Shown: piece by piece, positions 35,801 to 48,200 of the stretch
Layout: every line of letters starts with the position of its first letter
Numbering within the stretch: the stretch's first letter is position 1
NCBI RefSeq assembly: GCF_964355755.1
Contig: NC_092675.1
Coordinates: 26,136,912 to 26,200,911, forward strand
Source of the DNA: Antedon mediterranea
Taxonomy: Eukaryota > Animalia > Echinodermata
Direction: 5' to 3'
Length of the DNA stretch: 64,000 nt
Notes under the pieces: generated by a model
The model's database searches: none
Told to the model about the DNA's origin: nothing
Seen by the model: only the letters and a program-made list of their open reading frames with translations
Translations under genes and position numbers: made by a program

Positions 35801-38336
35801 GTTTAGTTGATGAGAACCGCACTAGTAAAGATGAAGTTATTGCCCTTTTATAATCCAAACTAGTCTAGGTTGTCAGTAATTTACTTAATATTGGTAAACA
35901 GATATTATTTTGGCACACATGGCATTTCATATGTATTATACTTGAGATTCACAAATTGAAATGATTGGTGGAATAACAAGAACTATTTCCTACAAAAAAA
36001 AAAAACCTCGGCTTTTAGTTTTAATTATTGTTTTTGTCATTAAATGATGTTTTTTTGAAGTGATATATTCTATTTGATAAATTAGGAAATAATGATTTAT
36101 TATAAATTTTATTTGTTTGACAATCAGTAGGCCTAAAAATGTAGTGTAGGATACATACAGCTTTCGACAAACGTGTCTTCAAACATCTCAAAGACTCTCT
36201 TCTCCCATATGTGCTTTGGAGTTTGAGCATGCCCAGTCCGAGTTTCCAAAGACCAATTATTTTCAGCCATACCAAACAATAAGCTACCGCATGGTAACTC
36301 TAATGAATCCGTTCTTTTGGATATAACTGCCTAAAGGAGCGGAGCAAAAAAATAAACAAGATAATAACTGGAGACTGGGCAAGTCTAAGGTCCATGGAAA
36401 ACCTGTGTGTCTGGAGTCAGTTCAACAATTCATTGTATGCTGTACTATTTGGATTTTTAGACACGACTTAAACTTCCAACATTAAAAAAAAATGCATAGC
36501 CTATCAATCTTCAGTCACACTATGCTGAATTTACTGTTGTCAAGAAAATCTAAAAAAATATTTATATTCTCCTAAATTGTTAGGGTTCTTAGAATAATAA
36601 GGTATTCTGTGTTACAAAAAGATGTAGAATTGGTTTATTTTGCTATTTATTTAATCTGCTTTACTTTTTCATTTCTCATCAGAAATTATTAATACCACAT
36701 TCGTACCAGCAAATAACAACCAGAACACAACTGCATCATGTTCAGTAAAACATTATGGTACAAAAAACATTACAACAATGATTATGGTGACTAACAAACA
36801 TTTCACTGAAAATATTACAAAACTGGTAGGAATAGAACAAGATGGTGAGAATATAACAACGTACACGTTTTCTGTGACATCAAATGTTGATTCAACTTAC
36901 AAATGTGTAATTGTGCATGAAGGATTTTCAGCTCAGCGAGAAGTTTTACCTGAAGTGTTTCGTAAGTAGGACAAATTGTAATCAAGTTTAAATCTATATA
37001 ACTTTTTAAAATGTATGTATGTTATTATATTAATATTTATTTTAATACACTTAGTGTTTCCTAATTTGTTTTCCTGTGCTGTAGGTCATTTATTTTAATA
37101 TTATATTACAACAGCCAACTTTTTTATAAAATGTTGTATTCATGTTGTGTAATGTGACAGGGATTTGAATAGTTTGCAACTAAATACCAACCTGCAATAC
37201 ATAAATACATTACTAACTGCTCTGCCAGCAAAAACTGAGCATCTCACTTGCATAACTTAGCATTTCACATTCCTATTCAGCTCAGCTCAGTGCCTCATTG
37301 AATAAGTAAAGTAATCATACTGTTAACTCAAGCAATTTTCTCCTTTTCAACTCATAAACCTTCATATTAGTATATTAATAAAGTAGTCATGCACTTTTCA
37401 TTTACAGTTTAATGTTAATTAATATCAGGATTAATATTTGATTTTTGATTTATAGAAATTTCTTGAGTATTGACTGATGTAATGGTGGGATCTTATTCTG
37501 TTAAAAAACTAATCTTGTTATTGTTTTAAACCACAAAATTGTTATTAAGGGTTACCTGTCTATACTGGAAAATTGGCTGTACGTAATATTTCAACCACCT
37601 TTATCACCATTGAATGGACGGCATGGAACAGCAATACTGACGATGGAGATGGTCCAGTTGTTGGATACTTTTTATACCACAAACTGAGCAATACAAATGA
37701 TTGGAAGAAGACATTTGATGAGAATTCTTTATCTGGCAATGTTAGTGAGTTGATGTGGGATACAGAATACACTTTCAGTGTTTCTGCTGTGAGACCTGGT
37801 GAAGGCGGTGAAGGACCAATTGGAGAAAAAAGAGTCACTGTAAAAACACTTTGTGGGAGTAAGTTTAGTATATTTCTCAAGTATCAACAAATAGTAAATA
37901 ATCAAATTGCTAGACTAATAGTTTATTTAATTTGACTTTGTGAGAGATAATTGAAAACTCCATGATGACAAACTAATAATAATAATAATATTCATTTTTA
38001 AATGATGCAGTACTACAAAATTTGGTGATGTTAAATATGTAAAGTTACAATTTACAAAGTCTAGCTAAAATGAATTGCTTTAGTTACAATATTTTATTTT
38101 GTTTTAGTTACAATGTTACAATATTATGCTATTATTATATTTATGATTTCTGCTGATAGCTGTTGTTTATCTGAATTTGTTATTAATATTAATAATTTAT
38201 AGTAAACATTAATTTATTTTTAATGCTGATTATTTTAAGAATGTACAAATAGATCAAATGCTAGTAGCATTATTGGTGGCGCTGTGGCGGGAGGTGTTTG
38301 TGCTGGTGTCATCACATTCATCATAATACCGATTTG
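23885..38336 (+). CDS. Gene B: Tie-like receptor, SP-Ig-Ig-EGF3-EGF'-(Ig-FN3)x4-EGF'-Ig-FN3-TM (about 1420 aa); no cytoplasmic exon found
   Basis: 20 exons join in one open frame. EGF exons match Tie (CHKWGPPDC...CYNGGVC...[26 protein letters not shown]) and FN3 exons match Tie FN3-1 (GDGP, VRPGEGGEG). Confidence 0.85.
24745..24796 (+). CDS. Gene B signal-peptide exon with a GC donor
   Basis: KNIISILTLVQMLISCSG aligns to gene C MSFVTVLILLQGAVSCLG (both 52 nt); donor CAG|GCAAGT. Confidence 0.55.
25096..25557. repeat. Minisatellite with a 25-29 bp unit (about 17 copies)
   Basis: Tandem TAGGCTATGTGATTGRAAGATGATTA units. Confidence 0.95.
25839..26126 (+). CDS. Gene B exon: N-terminal Tie Ig1-like domain
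   Basis: 288 bp; YYQCY...GMGVYYC; paralog of 59853-60131. Confidence 0.8.
26374..26390. mobile_element. 17-bp palindromic transposon footprint
   Basis: CATGGAGT-T-ACTCCATG flanked by 7-bp direct repeat GTCAAAT. Confidence 0.65.
27241..27492 (+). CDS. Gene B exon: Tie Ig2-like domain
   Basis: 252 bp; LMWRKDG...DAGVYE...FIKLIVR. Confidence 0.85.
28207..28341 (+). CDS. Gene B exon: EGF1
   Basis: [43 protein letters not shown]. Confidence 0.9.
29211..29360 (+). CDS. Gene B exon: EGF2
   Basis: CGGNRHGWNCENVC...[25 protein letters not shown]. Confidence 0.9.
29639..29770 (+). CDS. Gene B exon: EGF3
   Basis: CSPGTFGADCTQTCHCQEGACDRYTGICTEAACEFPWTGYNCQ. Confidence 0.9.
30025..30111 (+). CDS. Gene B exon: truncated EGF-like module
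   Basis: 87 bp phase 1-1; CQTGEVCEENECKEPCKHYRENGICKEY. Confidence 0.6.
30244..30716 (-). mobile_element. Penelope-like retroelement fragment with an inverted terminal repeat
   Basis: About 70-bp inverted arms. The minus strand encodes a degenerate GIY-YIG C-terminus (KSAITDH...IKEAIWIRKTNMNINRDQGGHDLSHIY). Confidence 0.7.
30853..31128 (+). CDS. Gene B exon: Ig repeat 1
   Basis: 276 bp phase 1-1. Confidence 0.85.
31429..31734 (+). CDS. Gene B exon: FN3 repeat 1
   Basis: 306 bp phase 1-1. Confidence 0.85.
31984..32262 (+). CDS. Gene B exon: Ig repeat 2
   Basis: 279 bp phase 1-1. Confidence 0.85.
32394..32699 (+). CDS. Gene B exon: FN3 repeat 2
   Basis: 306 bp phase 1-1. Confidence 0.85.
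32955..33233 (+). CDS. Gene B exon: Ig repeat 3
   Basis: 279 bp phase 1-1. Confidence 0.85.
33364..33669 (+). CDS. Gene B exon: FN3 repeat 3
   Basis: 306 bp phase 1-1. Confidence 0.85.
33851..34129 (+). CDS. Gene B exon: Ig repeat 4
   Basis: 279 bp phase 1-1. Confidence 0.85.
34778..35083 (+). CDS. Gene B exon: FN3 repeat 4
   Basis: 306 bp phase 1-1. Confidence 0.85.
35170..35355. mobile_element. MITE of about 185 bp
   Basis: Imperfect TIR AATAAGCGACTT...AAGTCGCTTATT of about 30 bp. Confidence 0.6.
35625..35756 (+). CDS. Gene B exon: degenerate EGF-like module inside the Ig-FN3 array
   Basis: 132 bp phase 1-1; FYEENCEVECNKSC...CKESMCMPYLLEPDCDV; paralog of 62920-63045. Confidence 0.7.
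36683..36961 (+). CDS. Gene B exon: Ig repeat 5
   Basis: 279 bp phase 1-1. Confidence 0.85.
37550..37858 (+). CDS. Gene B exon: membrane-proximal FN3
   Basis: 309 bp, open frame, ELMWDTEY variant. Confidence 0.85.
38240..38336 (+). CDS. Gene B exon: transmembrane segment
   Basis: SIIGGAVAGGVCAGVITFIIIPI; GTAAGT donor. Confidence 0.8.
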
Positions 38337-40299
38337 GTAAGTTCTTATAAAGCCATTTAATACATATAATATTTAAAAAAAACTAAATAAGGAAAGTAGG
38401 CCTATAAAATTGTTTTACGTAGGCCTATAAATAACTCTGGTAGTGCATCACCTCATGTTAAAAATATTTACCAGGATTATGCAATTTGGAGATTCAGAAT
38501 AATTATCGTGGTAATTCAACTCTTACTTTCTTCTTATCTTGTTATCAAACTTTAATTCAATTTAAACCTCACATATTATATTTAAACTAAGTCATAGGCC
38601 ATTGTAGTTCTTTTGTATAGTAATGTCATAAGCAACTTGCATGTTTTTTTTTTTGTAAGTACAGTTCTAAAGTTATGCGAGTTTAACCTAAAAATGACTT
38701 CATAGTTTACTAATATAGCTAGCTCCATGGTTTACTGGTGTACCAACTTGCTGGCGTGCTGATTATTACATTTTTATTTGAACCTTTAATACAATTGATT
38801 TTGTGCTTTTTATATTTAAATATTCGTCTAGCCCAAAGGGACATCCTATATTTTGTTCAAACAACAAGTACTGAAACTTGTGTTTTAGTTGTTTGATCAA
38901 TTATTTTTGTAGTTTTATAACGATTATTTTGTGTTTCCTTTAAAAAGTAAACATCGAATATATATGGATATTTCTACTACTAATGCGTTATATGATCAAT
39001 ACGTGTACCGGGATTATGCCAGTTTCAATTCATCAGAGTAAAGTATTCCATTCAATATTTTGTTACAATTAAAACTTATATATCATATGTATATTTTGAT
39101 ATTTAGACAAGTAAACAAACATTTTTGATTCTATTTTAAATGTCTTTACAATAGAAACGAAAATAAAATGGTTAGATCAAAAGGTTTTGACAGTTATAAT
39201 TATTTAATGTTTGAAAGTTCAATATTAAATATTTCTTCTTTTTTTAAATATATTTTAAGCAATTACAAATATGAAGAAAGTGAATAACAAATGGAACAAA
39301 TTGGGAACTTGTCAAGTTAAAGTATTAAAACATTCATTGATGAAAAAAGTGAGAGATAAGATAGAGCAATTGTGTGTTGATAGAGAAGATCTGAAACAGG
39401 TGAAACGAAAGACTAGGTCAGATTGATTGAAGACTGAACTAAGTCTAGAGTACTAAAAGCATCAGATTCTTTTCCCAAACTTTGAGGGGGAAAAAAAAGA
39501 TAATGTATGCTTTTGTAACATGATTGTTAGAAATTCTATAAATTTAAGGAATTAAATTAGATTTCGTTTAAAGGCCCAATTCAAATGATCTGTGTATAAC
39601 TGACTTATCTATGATAGTTTGACTATAGTTACATTACAATATTTTAGCTATATTTACACTTTATTATACTTAAAATCTCATTTCATTAAATCAAACCCTG
39701 TGTTATGTTTCATACACGCTAAAGACACTAAACAACAGAACTCAGGTATAACATACACGAGTCAGTCAGGTGTGGATTCAAAGTGCACGAGGCATTTATT
39801 GTCAACAGCCTATTATGCTTTTCTACATACAATATCAATGCGCGTAGACCAATTACCCATGTCTTAATACACGACACCCTGCACTTCTAAAGGTAACAAT
39901 TGGCCAAAAATAAGTATTGTTTGTTTCAAATGTGCTTATTATCTTTTGTCTTCTTGAACCACAAATCCTGCATTGATCAATAAAGTGTAAATGTATTTTA
40001 TAAGAGAGATTGTTCAAACATTTGTTCCTTATATAATTTGTAATCTATTGCGTGCTTTTAAATGCGCATGTTGCCCAAAAAATGACCGTTAACTGTTACC
40101 CAGCAAACACATAACGTTATGACAACATTCGCGAACGTTATAGTTTGGTTATCGATAATAACGTTACAAAAGTACATTGTCACAACGTCATTAAAACGTT
40201 ACATAATGTGAATAAAATTACGTTAATACAAAAACGTTTTCACAACGTTTTATTTACGTAATTGAGAAACGTTTGATTATTGTTGTATAGTAACGTAAC

Positions 40300-42720
40300 A
40301 TATTCACGTTTTAATAACGTTTACATGTGACAATTATATTACGTTCAGACCTAACGTTTGAAAAATACGTTATAAAAACGTAAAATACAAACTATAAAAT
40401 AACGTTAATTTAAGATGTAATAATAATGTTATAAAAACGTATTATAATAACGTAGTTTTTATGTTATTCATTAACGTAACATTTTTACGTCTTGATAACG
40501 TACCAATATAACATTTATACAACGTTCAAGAGAAACGTTCAGAAATACGTTATATGAACGTAAAATACAAACTATAAACTAACGTTAATTTAAGATGTAA
40601 TAATAATGTTATAAAAACGTATTATAATAACGTAGTTTATATGTTATTCATTAACGTAACATTTTTACGTCTTGATAACGTATCAATATAACATTTATAC
40701 AACGTTCTAGACAAACGTTCAGAAATACGTTATACGAACGTAAAATACAAACTATAAACTAACGTTAATTTAAGATGTAATAATAATGTTATAAAAACGT
40801 ATTATAATAACGTAGTTTATATGTTATTCATTAACGTAACATTTTTACGTCTTGATAACGTACCAATATAACATTTATACAACGTTCAAGACAAACGTTC
40901 AGAAATACGTTATACGAACGTAAAATACAAACTATAAACTAACGTTAATTTAAGATGTAATAATAATGTTCTAAAAACGTATTATAATAACGTAGTTTAT
41001 ATGTTATTCATTAACGTAACATTTTTACGTCTTGATAACGTACCAATATAACATTTATACAACGTTCAAGGCAAACGTTCAGAAATACGTTATACGAACG
41101 TAAAATACAAACTATAAACTAACGTTAATTTAAGATGTAATAATAATGTTATAAAAACGTATTATAATAACGTAGTTTATATGTTATTCATTAACGTAAC
41201 ATTTTTACGTTTTGATAACGTATCAATATAACATTTATACAACGTTCTAGACAAACGTTCAGAAATACGTTATACGAACGTAAAATACAAACTATAAACT
41301 AACGTTAATTTAAGATACAATAATAATGTTATAAAAACGTATTATAATAACGTAGTTTATATGTTATTCATTAACGTAACATTTTTACGTCTTGATAACG
41401 TACCAATATAACATTTATACAACGTTCAAGACAAACGTTCAGAAATACGTTATACGAACGTAAAATACAAACTATAAACTAACGTTAATTTAAGATGTAA
41501 TAATAATGTTAAAAAAACGTATTATAATAACGTAGTTTATATGTTATTCATTAACGTAACATTTTTACGTCTTGATAACGTACCAATATAACATTTATAC
41601 AACGTTCAAGACAAACGTTCAGAAATACGTTATACGAACGTAAAATACAAACTATAAACTAACGTTAATTTAAGATGTAATAATAATGTTATAAAAACGT
41701 ATTATAATAACGTAGTTTATATGTTATTCATTAACGTAACATTTTGACGTTTTGATAACGTATCAATATAACATTTATACAACGTTCTAGACAAACGTTC
41801 AGAAATACGTTATACGAACGTAAAATACAAACTATAAACTAACGTTAATTTAAGATGTAATAATAATGTTATAAAAACGTATTATAATAACGTAGTTTAT
41901 ATGTTATTCATTAACGTAACATTTTTACGTCTTGATAACGTACCAACATAACATTTATACAACGTTCAAGACAAACGTTCAGAAATACGTTATACGAACG
42001 TAAAATACAAACTATAAACTAACGTTAACTTAAGATGTAATAATAATGTTATAAAAACGTATTATAATAACGTAGTTTATATGTTATTCATTAACGTAAC
42101 ATTTTTACGACTTGATAACGTATCAATATAACATTTATACAACGTTCAAGACAAACGTTCAGAAATACGTTATACGAACGTAAAAAACAAACTATAAACT
42201 AACGTTAATTTAAGATGTAACAATAATGTTATAAAAACGTTTTTTAATAACTTAGTTTTAATTTTATTTATTAACGTAACGTTTTAACGTCTTAATAACG
42301 TACAAGTATAACACTTATACAACGTTTAAGACAAACTTTGTGAAATACGTTGTACAAATGTAAAATGCAAACTATAACATAACGTTAATTTAAGATGTAA
42401 TAATAATGTTATAAAAACGTATTATAATAACATATATTTCATGTTACTTATTAACATAACATTTTAAAGTCTTGATTAACTCCAAATATAACATTTATAC
42501 AACGTTCAAAGCAAACGTTCGGCAAACACGTTGTAAAAACGTAAAGTACAAACTATAAAATAACGTTATTTTAAGATGTAATAATAATGTTATAAAAACG
42601 TATTATAATAACGTAGTTTTTATGTTATTTATTAACGTATCATTTTAACGTCTTGATAACGTACCAAGGTAACATTTATAAAACATTCAAGACAAACGTT
42701 CAGATAATTTTAGATGTAAT
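40300..42720. repeat. 180-bp satellite array (about 13 copies), left subterminal repeat
   Basis: TAAAATACAAACTATAAA recurs every 180 bp from 40381 to about 42540. Confidence 0.95.
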
Positions 42721-45276
42721 GCAAATGTATAATATTATCATCACGTAGTATTTATGTTATTTAGTAACGTAACATATTGTGTTTTGATTATTATATTAGA
42801 TTAGTATTTTTTATATTAAATAATGTTTTTGAACACATTTACGGCCGGCATCTTGTTGGTTCCCCCTCCTGTTGGAATCACTTTTTAGTCTGGAGTACGC
42901 CCTCTCTGGATAATTTAACGGGTTTGTCGATCGCGCCCTCAATTTAAGAGTTATTTTGAACAACAATCTTAATAACAATTACTTAAATTATACGCTATTA
43001 GAAGCGCAAACAAATGACTATTTTTATAAATGTCTCCTTCAATCTGTGCGCGCGTCTTACAAAAAACAAACTTACATTAAATTAGGTTTTTTTAATATAT
43101 TTAGGCCTATTTATATTTTTATAGAATAATTTGTGTTTATAAACTATGTATTTTATTTCCGAACAAAAATTTATATAAATACAGGTATAGGCCTAGGCCT
43201 ACTAATACTACTAGCCTAGTTAGGCCCCAGCCCCCCCCCCCCCCCCCCCCCCCACACCCTAAAAATCCCCTTCCCTCTTATTATCATAATTATATGATTG
43301 TATTGCAACCACGTCTTTAGAAAAAAACAATTTGTATCCAAATCTAATTTCGGATACGAAAACATCCTTCCACATTCCAAGAAAAAAACTAGCTCCTACT
43401 ACTAGCTATTCTATACAGTACAATTTCTACAATACAACATCAATCAAATTTCCCCCCGCAAAAGAGGCCTACACTTTTTGAGACTCGTCAATATTTTCCC
43501 GTCGAATTCTTAGTTCATTACTAGGTAGTATAAGTATAGGCTTTGATAAATCATTTAATACAAATAAAAAAGTAGAACCACCAGAAATTTTTTCCGCTAT
43601 AGTAGGCCTAAATGGCATGGTCTAACTTAACCTTCTACCTACTAGGGAACGTAGGTTGGCCGAGGCACTCTACTTGACTTGCTAGGCCCCCCACACTACA
43701 AGTCCTAGGCCTACCCGTTAGGCCAATTTCTATCGCGGAGTGGTGATAAGGATACGCAGCTAAAGTGAATTTCCTCCGCTACACTGAACCACGAGCTAAG
43801 CCTACATGTTTACCGAGACTCGTCAATTTATTTTTTATGGCATCAATGCTACATATTTTGCCCATTGGTAATACATTTTATCGTACTAAAAGTACTTATT
43901 AATTTAATTAATTATGTCTATACTTTATTTATTTAGATATTTAGTTTTCGTTTCTTGTTGAATAAACTACAAATAAATAAAGCTATTGTATTTCTAAAGG
44001 TTCCTTTAGCAAAATGGAATCACCTTTCCTATAGTATAAGAATACAAAAATATTTATGATCTCGCTATCTAAACGATGTAGCCTGTGGGGTTAAAGAATA
44101 CTCGAGCGGAAGAATAGAACACACAATAACCATATCTATTACCAGTAAAACAGCGTCCTCTCATATTATTTCGCGTAGGTTTCAAATAACGGGAAAAAAA
44201 ATCAAATAATATCTAATTAATGACTAATAATTACATTACATTTAATATTTAATAGCATAAGTGTGTTCCACTCATAAAAGAGTATTTAATTCCAAAATTT
44301 TAATACAGTATATCGGAAAGTTAGATTTTTATTAGTAATAGATATTTAGTATTATTTGGATAAAATAAAACTGTAAAACATCATTAAAAAACCATCGCGG
44401 AAAAATACTTAACCAATTTCAATTTTGTTCAAATTTGGTACAATAATTTTATATGTATTTATTTATCTTTAGTATAAAAATTGGGCACTTTACTAGAATT
44501 TTAGATGATTTGGACATTTTTATTTTTTCAAAATATGATGCCTATGGTTCTATAATACATTTACAACATTTTTTTACTAAAAGTGCGCCTAAGTTAATTT
44601 TTTTTAAAAACTTGACACTAGTATTTTTCTTTTACATTATAACATTTGTGTAGTACATATAAATAATACAAATAAAAAAAAGTAGGCGCGCCTATAATAT
44701 TTTCTTGAGTTTGACAGTAATTTTCATTGGTGAAACGTTGGCTGCTAGTTAAATTTTCTTAATCAAAAGATCAATTATTGTTCATTTTGGTATATTAGTG
44801 GAGAGTGAGATCAAAGCAGTCGTGAATTAAAATTTCCATAATTTCATATTATTACATTCGCCATTTACATCGCATTATAAATAGTATTTTATAGTGGATT
44901 TGGAATAGCTAACATCATGTGTGTAGTTTAAACCATGGAGGTATAAACTAACTACACTATATCAGGAGATAATGCAAAGATTAAAGGAATTAATTGTAAG
45001 TCCCCCATGCATTTGGCAATTCGCATTAATGAATACAACAACAGGAAACAACATATCATTGCATATTTACTTTAAAATCTTATCTAAATGTCTAATAAAA
45101 CCATGAGATTAAAACTACAATTGCAATCTTCTAACCTTAATCATATTTGGCACTTATTCATAAATTCTAATACTGATGTTAAAATACACCTAACACTTGG
45201 AAGCGACTGTCATGTGTTCAGTAAAGAAACCCATCTAATACTTGATAAATTTTGCAAAATAAATAAATGTCTAATA

Positions 45277-48200
45277 AAGGAAATAATATTGATCAAAGTA
45301 TTTAACTACACTCAACAAACAATCGAATTCTATAAAGCAAAATTGTTTATCTAAATTAGGATGAATACAATTACATAAGTAGTCATCAGTGTAGCTCATT
45401 TCCTTTAATAACAAACGTTGGTTCTTAGAACAGTGTATTTTTCACTTTTTCATTAAATTGTGTATTCAAAATAAGTATACACTCATTAAAGAGCGTTATT
45501 AAACACAAACGATTGTATTGTATTTAAAAATTTGAAAGTTAACATTTAAAAAGTATAATACACGGCCGATGTACATAATATTTAATCCGAGTTCTACACT
45601 GTAACTTGTGCAGATATCCTATTACAAGAAGGTATGTCGTTAATTACCATGGTAACTTATATAAATCAACCTTCTAGAATGGAATTTAAAGTATAGGTCA
45701 ACATTAACCGCTTGGCAAACAGATCTTAAATTAAAAACCATTTAAAGACAAAACAGTATTGACAGATATATATGTTTGTTTTTGTTCTGTCTGATTAATA
45801 CAATTTTATTACCAACTATCATACTTTTCTGCTTAACTGTGTTTTTATATTATTATATAGCTACATTTATTCATTCATATTTTGTATTTCACCTAATATG
45901 TTATCACATTTATTTCCGCCCTTTAGATACAATCTTTAATTTCAAAATATAATCCTGTGTTCTTATTTTGTTGTGTTTTGTATAATGTAATTAATGTACT
46001 GTAATTAAACTATCCCCTGCTATTACTTCATCAATAACGATTGCACGGGACCATATTAATTATTAGTATAAAGACGGGAAAGGCACAAGAATTACAGTTT
46101 TTATGGCCGTTTGACTACAAAATAGCTGGCTGAGAGACCCATATTTTTAAATAAAACTCACTTCACTTTCCAAATCCTGAGTTTGAGAATGCAAATTGAA
46201 AAAAAGGAAGATTAGGCCTATTGAGGGGCCTATTGGTAAATTGAAAGCATGAAATGTTCCTTAAATTAAATCCTCCGAATTAATTTGTATGGCGTAATTA
46301 TGCTTAGTTTATTTCTAAATTCTGAAGAATACGTTCTTATTGAACATAATATGGTGCGGCTTGCTAGACTCCCAACTTGTACCGATCATATTACAAGAAG
46401 GTAGTCATTAATTTCCATGGTAACTGGTCTTAAATGTATAGAATAAGGTCAACTCCATCAATTCATTAATATAAAGAAACAGAATCGTACGTCCAGTTAT
46501 GATAGTTAATGATTACAGTTTATATTATACAGTTTCATTATTTATTCGGTCTATTTCAGTATATACATATACAAATTTGGGAGACCAGTCAACCTAAGTG
46601 AACCTAATCACTGTAGCTGAGCCGGTTATTTTAAAAACTATTGTATCTTTAGAAACTAAAGTTTCACATATAAAATATACTAACAAATGGTATGATAGTC
46701 TAGTAATAGTATTTAAACTTTTTAAGCGCAATAATGCTGAATAGGGCTTACAATGTCATCAACATGAACTATTACTTAATAATAATATGTTTAAACGTTT
46801 GCAGAATTATTCTGTTGAATTAATTATTAGTATAGTACTAGTAGGTATATTATTAATTAGGTGAATCTAGTACTTATTTGTGACTTTTATGAATAATATA
46901 ACCAATGATCTCAGGGAATCGGTTAACCATGAAGGAAATAATATTGATCAAAGTATTTAAATCTACTCTCAACAAACAATCGAATTCTATAAAGCAAAAT
47001 TGTTTATCTAAATTAGGATGAATACAATTACATAAGTAGTCATCAGTGTAGCTCATTTCCTTTAACAAACGTTGATTCTTCTTAGAACAGTGTATTTTTC
47101 ACTTTTTCATTAAATTGTGTATTCAAAATAAGTATACACTCATTAAAGAGCGTTATTAAACACAAACGATTGTATTGTATTTAAAAATTTGAAAGTTAAC
47201 ATTTAAAAAGTATAATACACGGCCGATGTACATAATATTTAATCCGAGTTCTACACTGTAACTTGTGCAGATATCCTATTACAAGAGGGTATGTCGTTAA
47301 TTACCATGGTAACTTATATAAATCAACCTTCTAGAATGGAATTTAAAGTATAGGTCAACATTAACCGCTTGGCAAACAGATCTTAAATTAAAAACCATTT
47401 AAAGACAAAACAGTATTGACCGATATATATGTTTGTTTTTGTTCTTTCTGATTACAATTTTATTACCAACTATCATACTTTTCTGCTTAACTGTGTTTTT
47501 ATATTATTATATAGCTACATTTATTCATTCATATTTTGTATTTCACCTAATATGTTATCACATTTATTTCCGCCCTTTAGATACAAACTTTAATTTCAAA
47601 ATGTAATCCTGTGTTCTTTTTTGTTGTGTTTTGTATAATGTAATTAATGTGTAATTAAACTACCCCCTGCTATTACTTCATCAATAACGATTCACGGGAC
47701 CATATTTATTAGTATAAAGACGGGAAAGGCATAAGAATTACAGTTTTTATGGCCGTTTGACTACAAAATAGCTGGCTGAGAGACCCATATTTTTAAATAA
47801 AACTTAATTCACTTTCCAAATCCTGAGTTTGAGAATGCAAATTGAAAAAAAGGAAGACAGGAAAGCTGACAACGAATAAGTTGTCAATGTATTTTAAGCA
47901 AATGAGTGGGCCTATTGGGGGCCTATTGGTAAATTGAAAGCATGAAATGTCCCTTAAATTAAATCCTCCGAATTAATTTGTATGGTGTAATTATGCTTAG
48001 TTTATTTCTAAATTCTGAAGAATACGTTCTTATTGAACATAATGGTGCGGCTTGCTAGACTCCCAACTTGTACTGATCATATTACAAGAAGGTATTCGTT
48101 AATTTCCATGGTAACTGGTCTTAAATGTATAGAAGGTCAACTCCATCAATTCATTTTATAAAGAAACAGAATCGTACGTCCAGTTATGATAGTTAATGAT

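Noticed and set aside
3945-37880. Repeated minus-strand ORFs (e.g. 3945-4220, 33374-33649, 34788-35063, 37560-37880)
   Set aside because: They are antisense shadows of the FN3 exons and recur only because the exons are duplicated.
40300-42720. Possible CRISPR or coding repeat
   Set aside because: Homogeneous 180-bp units with no spacers or ORF; it is the subterminal satellite of a transposon.
43231-43253. 23-bp poly-C run as a G-quadruplex element
   Set aside because: It is a simple homopolymer of uncertain length with no supporting context.
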